Source: an uncultured Rubrobacteraceae bacterium
GTDB lineage: Bacteria > Actinomycetota > Rubrobacteria > Rubrobacterales > Rubrobacteraceae
Direction: 5' to 3'
Assembly: GCA_963769655.1 (NCBI GenBank)
Contig: CAVYMT010000004.1
Coordinates: 856 to 64,855, forward strand
Length of the DNA: 64,000 nt
Positions within the stretch are counted from its first letter, which is position 1; the number at the start of each line of letters is the position of its first letter. The notes under the pieces were generated by a model. It saw only the letters and a program-made list of their open reading frames with translations, searched no databases and was not told where the DNA came from. This document shows positions 48,181-56,143 of the stretch, piece after piece. A program made the translations under genes and the position numbers.

Positions 48181-48445
48181 CTCGCCTGAAGGGCGCTCGT
48201 CCGGCCGAATCGACGGCCCACGTGCCTCGCGGGACCTCGGTACCTACCTTCACGGTCTCTACCCCCAGGCACCTTGGACTTCGACCGCGGTGTGAGGCGT
48301 CTGGTACGAACTCTTGACGCGGCGCTGGGATAGCTCTGCGGCGTGAAAACCGACAGCGCTCGAGACGCGTGGTCGACGGTCGAGGTCGCGATTATCGGAT
48401 CGGGGTGCCGGGAGGAACCAGATCCTGCTCGGTTACGGGACGAAT

Positions 48446-48465
48446 CCCCGACAGTACTCCGTCCC
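48446..48465 (+). promoter_or_regulatory. 20-nt box CCCCGACAGTACTCCGTCCC, shared with the gadB leader
   Basis: 18/20 identical to 50602..50621. Here it sits inside a GGGACG...CGTCCC inverted repeat. Confidence 0.35.
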
Positions 48466-48523
48466 GAGTAGGTGCAAGGGGCCAACGTTGGCACGCACGG
48501 TTTATCCGAAACGATCGCGAATA

Positions 48524-48599
48524 CCCTAGGGGAAATAGGTCGGTGGGTGAGGACAGACCGCCTCACCGTGCTCTACCCTCAGAGAACCTTGGAGAGCGG
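48524..48599 (+). promoter_or_regulatory. conserved 76-nt leader element, long-form copy A
   Basis: CCCTAGGGGAAATAGGTCGGTGGGTGAGGACAGACCGCCTCACCGTGCTCTACCCTCAGAGAACCTTGGAGAGCGG, directly upstream of the small-protein gene. Confidence 0.5.
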
Positions 48600-48645
48600 A
48601 AGGAAACAGCGGAGCAACAAGAGTACAGGGAAATGCTACCGGATA

Positions 48646-48879
48646 GTGGTGCGCGGCGAGCTTAGCGAGCGCTTCGCCGTGGCCTTCGAAGAGATGCGGA
48701 TGGAGGCGGGAGGCGGACAGACCGTCCTCGAAGGGGAGCTCGTCGACCAGACCTACCTCCACGGCGTCCTGGATCGCATAGGCGGATTGGGGCTCGAGTT
48801 GATGAGCGTGGAGTCCTTGCCCGCAGAGGACCAGGACGCCCACGGAATCGAGTCGCCCGTGGATCAGCAATCGGGCTGA
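48646..48879 (+). CDS. small conserved actinobacterial protein (YRIVVRGELSERF... family); start uncertain
   Basis: (Y)RIVVRGELSERFAVAFEEMRMEAGGGQTVLEGELVDQTYLHGVLDRIGGLGLELMSVESL matches a widespread ~80-aa hypothetical family. There is no in-frame ATG; candidate starts are GTG 48646 or TTG 48589. Confidence 0.6.
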   Translation: MVRGELSERFAVAFEEMRMEAGGGQTVLEGELVDQTYLHGVLDRIGGLGLELMSVESLPAEDQDAHGIESPVDQQSG

Positions 48880-48988
48880 TGGAAACTTGCCAGAGCCTCT
48901 GGGGAATAGTGAGCAGCGATCGACGAAGATCAGGCAACGTTAGTAGTCAGGTGCGGGGCAGTGCGGGTCGAGATAGGAGGTATGGAGA

Positions 48989-49282
48989 ATGGGTTGCTTG
49001 CTCGCCATGTTTGCGGGTCTCTTTCCGAGGCTCGCGCTGCTCGTCCTATGGATCGCTCGGCCGGCGATCGTCGGCGCCGCGTTCGGCACGTTCCTCCTGC
49101 CGTTGCTGGGCTTCATCTTCCTTCCCTTCACGACCCTGATCTACGTGCTCGTGTACACGCCCGGCGTCGGGGTGGTCGGGTTGGAGTGGGTCTGGGTCAT
49201 CATCGCCTTGCTCCTGGACGTCGGGCACTGGGGGGCCGGCTACACCCAGCGGGACCAGTTCCCCGGGACGCGCGGCGCGTGA
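48989..49282 (+). CDS. hypothetical small membrane protein
   Basis: GGAGG RBS; 97 aa with 3 hydrophobic helices. Confidence 0.55.
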   Translation: MGCLLAMFAGLFPRLALLVLWIARPAIVGAAFGTFLLPLLGFIFLPFTTLIYVLVYTPGVGVVGLEWVWVIIALLLDVGHWGAGYTQRDQFPGTRGA

Positions 49283-49328
49283 ACGCCGGGCGCACGGCAC
49301 CAATGTGTCTGTAGAAGAGTCTTCCGGA

Positions 49329-49354
49329 GCGAGACCCCTTCTGTCGGGTCTCGC
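49329..49354 (+). terminator. stem-loop downstream of 48989..49282
   Basis: GCGAGACCC-cttctgtc-GGGTCTCGC is a perfect 9-bp stem, but no U-tract follows. Confidence 0.4.
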
Positions 49355-49514
49355 AGGACTCTGCGGCGGAGGCGAGAAGCAAGACCCGATCGCGCACTTC
49401 AGAGTGGGCGCAGGATAGGTGATACGGCGCCTGAGGAAGCGGGACGAATGGGGCCGCGCGGGACACCGAACCCGCGATTGAGGCTGACGGCGAACGAAGG
49501 TACGGAGGTGAACG

Positions 49515-50039
49515 ATGACGGAGAAGTTAGGACCGGTTCAGCTGCTGGCGATCGGCTTCGGCCCGGAGGCCGGTTTCGAGGGCAAGATCATGGACGAGCT
49601 CTCCAGGCTCGAGCGGCACGAGACGATCCGGATCCTGGACCTGCTGTTCGTGCACAAGGACGCCGAGACGGGCGATCTACTCGCCCTCGACTACCAGGGC
49701 GAAGAGCTCGGCGCCATCGTCGGCGCTTTGCTTGGCTTCGAGTTCGAGGGCGATGGGTCGGCCGAAACGCCGGAGGTAGAAGGCCACGCCTTCGGGCTCT
49801 CACAGCGGGAGATCGAGGACATGGCGGCCTCGCTCGAACCCGGCAGCTCGGCCGGATTCCTGCTCGTAGAGCACGTCTGGGCGCGAGAACTCAAGCGCGC
49901 GATCCGCGAGACGGGCGGCTACCCATTGGGAGAAGGTTTCCTCACGCCCGAGACCATCGCCGCCGTCGCAGCCGAGCTAGTCGCCATGGCCGAGGCCATC
50001 GAGGAGCTCGAGATCGAAGAAGCGAGCGCCGGAGCCTAG
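49515..50039 (+). CDS. DUF6325/DUF1269-like soluble protein
   Basis: LGPVQLLAIGFGPEAGFEGKIMDELSRLERHETIRILDLLFVHKDAETGD...LEPGSSAGFLLVEHVWARELKRAIRETGG. GGAGGTG RBS. Confidence 0.65.
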   Translation: MTEKLGPVQLLAIGFGPEAGFEGKIMDELSRLERHETIRILDLLFVHKDAETGDLLALDYQGEELGAIVGALLGFEFEGDGSAETPEVEGHAFGLSQREIEDMAASLEPGSSAGFLLVEHVWARELKRAIRETGGYPLGEGFLTPETIAAVAAELVAMAEAIEELEIEEASAGA

Positions 50040-50121
50040 GGGAGACCTGGAAGGACTCGAATCGGCGGAGCGAAAGGAGAACGGGACGTGGGACTCATCG
50101 CAGCAGCGGGCCGGAGGCAGG

Positions 50122-50367
50122 ATGCAGGCGCGGCAGACCTACCGAACGATGTCGCGGATGCAGCGACGCCGCTCGTACATCGAGGACAAGGTCGGCGCGC
50201 GTCAGGACTTCAGCAGCCCGGAGCAGGCACAGGCCCCGGAGGCCGCCCCGGCCGCTGCCGAGCCGGAGTACATGGGAGAGCTGGAACGGCTCGCCCAGCT
50301 TCGGGACCAGGGCATCCTCAGCGACGAGGAGTTCGAGGCCAAGAAGAAGCAGATACTGGGGATCTGA
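50122..50367 (+). CDS. SHOCT-domain protein
   Basis: The C-terminal EYMGELERLAQLRDQGILSDEEFEAKKKQILGI is a SHOCT motif. A GTG at 50088 with a better RBS lies in another frame (see findings). Confidence 0.7.
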   Translation: MQARQTYRTMSRMQRRRSYIEDKVGARQDFSSPEQAQAPEAAPAAAEPEYMGELERLAQLRDQGILSDEEFEAKKKQILGI

Positions 50368-50601
50368 AGACCTGTAATGGTGCCATGTCCTGCGCGAACG
50401 CCCTGGCCGGCGATGTGGATCTCGTCGACACTGCCTAGCCGGGGCAATCGGGTGTCGGGATCCGGGCTGGGGGCTTCTCGCGTCCAGAACCTGCCCATCG
50501 AGCTCGGTACGGTGCGCGGAGCGCCGACGCTGCAAGAGTGTGCCCCAGAAAGCCGACATGGTTAGCGGATTCGCGTCCCTGGCGCGATTCTCTCGAGTTG
50601 A

Positions 50602-50621
50602 CCCCAACAGTACTGCGTCCC
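50602..50621 (+). promoter_or_regulatory. 20-nt box CCCCAACAGTACTGCGTCCC in the gadB leader
   Basis: 18/20 identical to 48446..48465. GCGTCCCTG occurs twice in this leader (50573 and 50615). Confidence 0.35.
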
Positions 50622-50655
50622 TGATCGCGCCCGGAGGCAGGAAAGGAGAACGGCG

Positions 50656-52053
50656 ATGACGCTGCACACAAGGATCAGCGGCGAGGGGCCCGAGGAACAA
50701 AACCTCTCGGTCAATCCCCTCTTGGGCATCTACGGCGGGAGCACTGCCGTCCCCAAGCACCGCATTCCGGACGGTCCGATGCCGCCCGAGACGGCCTACG
50801 AGGTCATCCACGACGAGCTCATGCTCGACGGCAACGCCCGCCTGAACCTGGCCACCTTCGTGACGACGTGGATGGAGCCCCAGGCCGAGAGGCTGATGGC
50901 CGAGTGCTCCGACAAGAACATGATCGACAAGGACGAGTACCCGCAGACCGCCGAGCTGGAGATGCGCTGCGTGAACATGCTGAGCCGCCTGTGGAACTCG
51001 CCCGACACCGATTCGGCGACGGGCTGCTCGACCACCGGCTCCAGCGAGGCCGCCATGCTGGGAGGGATGGCCCTCAAGCGTCGTTGGCAGCACAGGAGGC
51101 GTGAGGCCGGAGAGAGCACCGACCGGCCGAACATGGTGATGGGCATAAACGTGCAGGTCTGCTGGGAGAAGTTCTGCAACTACTTCGAGGTCGAGCCCCG
51201 CTACGTGCCCATGGAAGGGAACCGCTTCCACCTCAACGGCGAGGAGGCGGCGAAACACTGCGACGAGAACACCATCGGCGTCGTGGCGATCCTCGGCTCG
51301 ACCTTCGACGGTTCTTACGAGCCGGTGCAGGAGATCTCCGATGCCCTCGACGACCTGCAGCAGCGCACCGGCCTCGACGTCCCGGTCCACGTGGACGGGG
51401 CGTCGGGGGCCATGGTCGCGCCCTTCCTGGACCCGGACCTGGTGTGGGATTTCCGCCTGCCGCGCGTGGCGTCGATCAACACCTCGGGCCACAAGTACGG
51501 CCGGGTGTACCCGGGCGTCGGCTGGGCGATCTGGCGCGACCCTGAGGCCCTGCCCGAGGACCTCGTCTTCCGGGTGAACTACCTCGGGGGGGACATGCCG
51601 ACGTTCGCGCTGAACTTCTCGCGCCCGGGCTCGCAGGTCGTGGCGCAATACTACAACTTCCTCAGGTTGGGCTTCGAGGGCTACCGGCGCGTTCAGCAGG
51701 AGTGCCGGGACATCGCGACCTTGGGATCTGCCGCCATCGCGGAGCTCGGCCCCTTCGAGCTCATTACCGACGGCTCCGAGCTCCCTGTCTTCGCCTTCAA
51801 GGTTCGTGACGAGGTGGACAATTTCTCGGCCTACGACGTCTCCAGCGGTATGCGCGAGCGCGGCTGGCAGGTTCCCGCGTACTCGTTCCCCAAGAATCGG
51901 GAAGACCTGGTCGCGCTGAGGGTGGTGGTCAGGAACGGCTACAACAGGGATCCGGCCGACATTTTCCTGGACGACCTGAAGCGGTTGGTGGCGCGCCTGG
52001 AGAAGCAGCCGGCCCCGGCGCACGACGAATCCGAGGCGGGCTTCTCCCACTGA
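50656..52053 (+). CDS. gadB: glutamate decarboxylase (PLP-dependent)
   Basis: 465 aa with NTSGHKYGRVYPGVGW (PLP lysine) and N-terminal IPDGPMPPETAYEVIHDELMLDGNARLNLATFVTTWMEP; colinear with bacterial GadA/GadB. Confidence 0.92.
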   Translation: MTLHTRISGEGPEEQNLSVNPLLGIYGGSTAVPKHRIPDGPMPPETAYEVIHDELMLDGNARLNLATFVTTWMEPQAERLMAECSDKNMIDKDEYPQTAELEMRCVNMLSRLWNSPDTDSATGCSTTGSSEAAMLGGMALKRRWQHRRREAGESTDRPNMVMGINVQVCWEKFCNYFEVEPRYVPMEGNRFHLNGEEAAKHCDENTIGVVAILGSTFDGSYEPVQEISDALDDLQQRTGLDVPVHVDGASGAMVAPFLDPDLVWDFRLPRVASINTSGHKYGRVYPGVGWAIWRDPEALPEDLVFRVNYLGGDMPTFALNFSRPGSQVVAQYYNFLRLGFEGYRRVQQECRDIATLGSAAIAELGPFELITDGSELPVFAFKVRDEVDNFSAYDVSSGMRERGWQVPAYSFPKNREDLVALRVVVRNGYNRDPADIFLDDLKRLVARLEKQPAPAHDESEAGFSH

Positions 52054-52074
52054 TGTTCACGATCCTCGAGAACG

Positions 52075-52114
52075 AACGCTTCGGGAATGACTGCTGACAG
52101 CGGTCCGAAGCGTT
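52075..52114 (+). other. 10-bp stem-loop with a 20-nt loop between gadB and the antiporter gene
   Basis: AACGCTTCGG-N20-CCGAAGCGTT, 22 nt after the gadB stop. Confidence 0.4.
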
Positions 52115-52328
52115 GCGGGGAATCCCGAGAGGTGGGAGTATCGAGAGCGATGGAGGCCCGCGGTCATCTCCTGGAATTCCTGTGGCCGGGAGGGACCGAC
52201 CCGACCGGACCGGGTGGTAAGGCGGTGCTGGTGCAATCCTGCAACGTCGAGGAAGAGATGACGGTCTCCCGGCAGATCCTGACCGGCGACGGTCCCCGCC
52301 GTTCGTCAGCCATCGGGGCGGAAAATGT

Positions 52329-54170
52329 GTGCCGACCATGACCACGGACCAGCTGCTCACAGGTCTCGGGCTCGTGCTTGTGCTGGCGATTGCCTGCCAG
52401 CTGGTGGCGGCCCGCACGCGGGTTCCGGCGATCGTGCTGCTGCTGCCCGTGGGCTTCGTCGCGGGCGCCGCCACCGACGTCGTGCATCCCGACGTCCTGT
52501 TCGGGGACACCTTCCAGCCGCTCGTGTCCCTCGGCGTCGGGCTGATACTCTTCGAGGCGGGCCTCAGGTTGCGGGTGTACGAGCTCGGCTCCGGCGTTCG
52601 TCGAGTCGTTGGGCGGCTGATCCTCATCGGCACGCCCGTAACGACGGCCGGCGTGATGGTGGCTGTCAAGGTCCTCTTCGGACTCGGATGGAGCGTGTCG
52701 CTCGTGATCGGCGCGATTCTCGTGGTGTCCGGGCCGACGGTGGTGTTGCCGCTGCTCGCCTTTGTCCGGCCCACGGACCGGGTGCGATCCGTCCTCAAGT
52801 GGGAGGGGACGCTGATCGACCCGGTCGGCGCGCTGTTGGGCGTGGTCGCGTTCCACGCCGTGCTGTCGGGCGCGGGCGGCGACGAGGTCTTCAGGCTCGG
52901 CGGGATGCTGCTCGGCCTGATCACGGGCTCCCTCGTCGGGGTGGGAGGGGCGGCGCTCCTCTGGCTCATGCTCGGCGGCTTTCAGCGCGCGGCGCCCAGG
53001 CAGGCGGTCTCCGCGGCGCTCATGGTCGTCGCCGGCGCGCTCGTCGCCGCCGATCTCCTGCAGGACGACGCGGGCTTCGTGGCCACGACCGTCATGGGCG
53101 TGATCCTGGCGAACCAGCGCAGGGTGGACGTCTCCGGCATCCTCGAGTTCCAGGGCACCGTGGTGAACCTCCTGATCGGGGTGCTCTTCGTCCTGATCTC
53201 CGCCTCCGTCGAGCCGTCCCAGGTCCTGGCCTTGCTGCCTGAGGGCCTCATCCTGGTAGCCGTGCTGGTGTTGGTCATCCGACCTGCGGTCGTGGCGCTC
53301 GGGACCTGGGGATCGGAGCTGGATCGCGCGGAGCGCGCGTTCGCGGCCTGGCTCGCGCCGAGGGGGATCGTGGCCGCCGCGACCGCGTCGGCGTTCGGCC
53401 TGCAACTGACCCAGGCCGGGGTGGCCGGGGCGGGGCGGATCCTGCCCGTCGTCTTTATCGTCATCTTCGGAACCGTGCTCCTCTACGGCCTCAGCGCCGC
53501 CCCGGTCGCGCGTCTCCTCGGGCTTGCGGGGGCGGGAGGCAGCGTGGTGCTCGTGGTAGGGGGCCACGGGTGGGCGCGGCAGATCGCGCAGGCCCTGGAG
53601 AGGGCGGGGCTCGGGGTGCGCCTGTGGACGGGCAGGACCGCCGAGCAGGTAGCCGCGCGCGAGGCGGGGCTCGCCGCGGACAACGCGCGCCTGGGTGGAG
53701 ACCTGGCGCGTCGCGAGGCCGAGCTGGAGGAGGTCGACGACGTTCTGCTCGTGACGGAGAGCGACGACTTCAACGCCCTCGCGGCCGGCGTGCTACGCCA
53801 GGAGCTGGGCAACGACCACGTGTACAGGCTTCCCGCCGCTTCGGATCTGCTGGATGCGGTGCCGGCCCACGCCGAGGGCGGGATCCTGTTCTCCGAGGAT
53901 CTGACCTTCCCGGAGTTGACCCGGCGCTTCGAGGGAGGGGCCCGGCTGGTGGAGCTTGCGGCGGACGACGTCCCGAACGACCCGTCGGCACATGACGACG
54001 GGATGCGGCCGCTGTTCGTCGTCACGGGCGCCGGCGAACTACGGGTCGTCACTATGGGGGCCCAACCTCCAGCGTCCCCCGCGGAGAAGACCATCTTCCT
54101 GGCGGGCGGGACGACGCGGGCAGACGGGCAGACCTCCGGGGTGGCAGACGCCTTGAACCTCGACCACTGA
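52329..54170 (+). CDS. CPA1 cation:proton antiporter with a C-terminal RCK/TrkA-like domain
   Basis: 613 aa: a 12-TM Na_H_Exchanger part, then VVLVVGGHGWARQIAQALERAGLGVRLW (Rossmann-like). The start is GTG 52329 or ATG 52338. Confidence 0.88.
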   Translation: MPTMTTDQLLTGLGLVLVLAIACQLVAARTRVPAIVLLLPVGFVAGAATDVVHPDVLFGDTFQPLVSLGVGLILFEAGLRLRVYELGSGVRRVVGRLILIGTPVTTAGVMVAVKVLFGLGWSVSLVIGAILVVSGPTVVLPLLAFVRPTDRVRSVLKWEGTLIDPVGALLGVVAFHAVLSGAGGDEVFRLGGMLLGLITGSLVGVGGAALLWLMLGGFQRAAPRQAVSAALMVVAGALVAADLLQDDAGFVATTVMGVILANQRRVDVSGILEFQGTVVNLLIGVLFVLISASVEPSQVLALLPEGLILVAVLVLVIRPAVVALGTWGSELDRAERAFAAWLAPRGIVAAATASAFGLQLTQAGVAGAGRILPVVFIVIFGTVLLYGLSAAPVARLLGLAGAGGSVVLVVGGHGWARQIAQALERAGLGVRLWTGRTAEQVAAREAGLAADNARLGGDLARREAELEEVDDVLLVTESDDFNALAAGVLRQELGNDHVYRLPAASDLLDAVPAHAEGGILFSEDLTFPELTRRFEGGARLVELAADDVPNDPSAHDDGMRPLFVVTGAGELRVVTMGAQPPASPAEKTIFLAGGTTRADGQTSGVADALNLDH

Positions 54171-54205
54171 CACCAAAAGCGACCCGCAAGGGAAAGGAGC
54201 AGCAA

Positions 54206-55045
54206 ATGTGCCGTTGGTTAGCCTACTCGGGTTCCCCGATCCTCCTGGAGGAGATACTCTACAAACCCAAGCACTCGCTTATCGACCAGAGCCTCCACTC
54301 TCGCATGGGAGCCGAGACTACAAACGGAGACGGCTTCGGCGTGGGTTGGTATGGCCAGGAGAACGGTACCCCCTCCCTGTTCCGCAGCATCGAGCCGGCC
54401 TGGAACGACCGCAACCTGCGCGAAATCGCCGGGAGCGTCACGTCCCCGCACTTCCTCGCGCATATCCGCGCGGCAACCGGGACCGCCGTCCAGCAGACCA
54501 ACTGCCACCCGTTCCGTCACGGTCGTTGGCTCTGGGTACACAACGGCATGGTGAACGAGTTTTCGCGGGTGAAGCGCGACCTCACGCTCGCCATAGACGA
54601 GTCGCTGTTCATGTCCATCGAAGGATCTACCGACTCGGAGGTGCTGTTCCACCTGGCGCTCACGTTCGGCCTTGAAGACGACCCACCCGCCGCCGTCGAG
54701 AAGATGGTCGGTTACGTCGAGGACGTCGGGCACCGGCACGGCGTCGAGCACCCGATCCAGATGACCATCGCCACTACCGACGGGAAGAGCGTGTGGGCGT
54801 TTAGGTACTCGAGCGAGGGCAAGTCTCGGACGCTGTTCTACAGCACCGAGGTGCAAACGATACGGGAGTTGCATCCGGACCTGCCGATGTGGCAGCTGGA
54901 GATCTCGGACGAAACCCGCCTCATCGTCTCCGAGCCGCTGGGCGATCTCCCGGGGGCGTGGAACGCGGTGCAGGAGTCGAGCTACGGCGTCATCCAGGAG
55001 GGAGAAGACGAGATGCACCCGTTCCGACCTCGCCGCAGCTCTTAA
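54206..55045 (+). CDS. class II (Ntn) glutamine amidotransferase, YafJ/EgtC-like
   Basis: MCRWLAYSGSPILLEEILYKPKHSLIDQS...NGDGFGVGWY...RAATGTAVQQTNCHPF, with the Cys2 nucleophile. Confidence 0.85.
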   Translation: MCRWLAYSGSPILLEEILYKPKHSLIDQSLHSRMGAETTNGDGFGVGWYGQENGTPSLFRSIEPAWNDRNLREIAGSVTSPHFLAHIRAATGTAVQQTNCHPFRHGRWLWVHNGMVNEFSRVKRDLTLAIDESLFMSIEGSTDSEVLFHLALTFGLEDDPPAAVEKMVGYVEDVGHRHGVEHPIQMTIATTDGKSVWAFRYSSEGKSRTLFYSTEVQTIRELHPDLPMWQLEISDETRLIVSEPLGDLPGAWNAVQESSYGVIQEGEDEMHPFRPRRSS

Positions 55046-55187
55046 GGTGTCCCGTTCGACCGCTCCGGCGGGAGGGGTCCCGCCGGCGTAGCTCTGCACG
55101 GAACCTGACCGGGCCAACTCGAGCCCTGGGGCTTCTGTATCATCGGTGCGGCATGCTACCGTCGCGCGAAAGCCCCGGCTTGCCGTA

Positions 55188-55897
55188 ATGCCGTCGGCCT
55201 TGCTGGCGCTACTGGCGAGTCTCGGTTTCGGCTCGAGCGACTTCGTGGCCGGCCTTGTCAGCCGCCGCGTCTCCTCGGTGACCGTGGCGCTCTGGAGCCA
55301 GCTCACCGGTGCCGCGGCGCTCTCGGTGGCGCTGGCCGTCAGCGGGCAGGGCCCGGACGCCTCGGGCGTCCTCTGGGGGGTGGTCGCGGGCGTCGCGGTC
55401 GCCGTCGGGATTCTCTCGTTGTACCGGGCGCTGGCGATCGGCCCCGCGTCGGTGGCGGCGCCGGTGGCCGCAAGCGCGGTGGCGATACCGGTCATGGTTG
55501 GCCTCCTCGGTGGGAATCCGCCAGCGCCGATCGTGGTTCTGGGGCTCGCGGTTACGGTCGGTGGGGTGGCCTTGGTGTCGTTCGCCGGCGAGGAGGAGAC
55601 CGAGGAGGCCGAGGGCATCGCGGTGCCCATACCCGGGCATGGGCTCCCCCCGGAGAGGAGCTCGCCCACCAGCCGAGGGGCGCGGCGGGTGGTGCCGTGT
55701 TGGCCGTGGTCGCGGACATCTCCCTGACCTTCGCACTCGCCTCCGGGCAGATCGCAGTGGTGAGCGTGCTGGCCTCGCTGGACCCGCTGGTGACGGTCCT
55801 GCTCGCCCGCATCATGCTCGCCGAGAGGCTGCCACGTCTGCAGTCCGTCGGGGTTGGCTTGACACTTGTGGGCGTTATCATCGTCTCGGCGGGTTAG
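55188..55897 (+). pseudogene. EamA/DMT-family transporter, frameshifted near 55690 with a shortened second repeat
   Basis: The first EamA repeat is intact. An acidic linker follows, then the frame changes to ...AVLAVVADISLTFALASGQIAVVSVLASLDPLVTVLLARIMLAERL... Confidence 0.6.
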
Positions 55898-56143
55898 GCC
55901 CGCCCCGATGCGCCATCCTGGATCATCGTCCACGGTCTCGAGATGCGGGCAAGCACGGTAGCATCCACGGTGTCGTGGCGGATGCTTCCCACTTGGACGG
56001 GGGGTCACGCAAGATCCTGGACGCGATACTTCTTCGACGTGTCGCACTTCGGGTGGTCGGAAGAATGGGCTCGCCGCTGCGGGCGCGGATCAGCACGGTC
56101 GGCGGCGCGTCGGGATTGCCACTTGCCCCTTACGCCGGCCTGC

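Noticed and set aside
48538-48570. The leader element as a guanidine-III (ykkC-III) or fluoride (crcB) riboswitch, because of AGGACAG, ACCGCC and a pseudoknot-like layout.
   Set aside because: The order of paired segments and the conserved nucleotides I remember for those classes do not fit. The associated genes (PLD, small stress proteins) are also not the transporters typical of those riboswitches. Only a cmscan run could settle this.
50598-50626. TTGACC (50598) as the -35 box of a housekeeping-type gadB promoter.
   Set aside because: No acceptable TAnnnT -10 hexamer lies 16-19 nt downstream (CTGATC / TGATCG), so I do not call a promoter.
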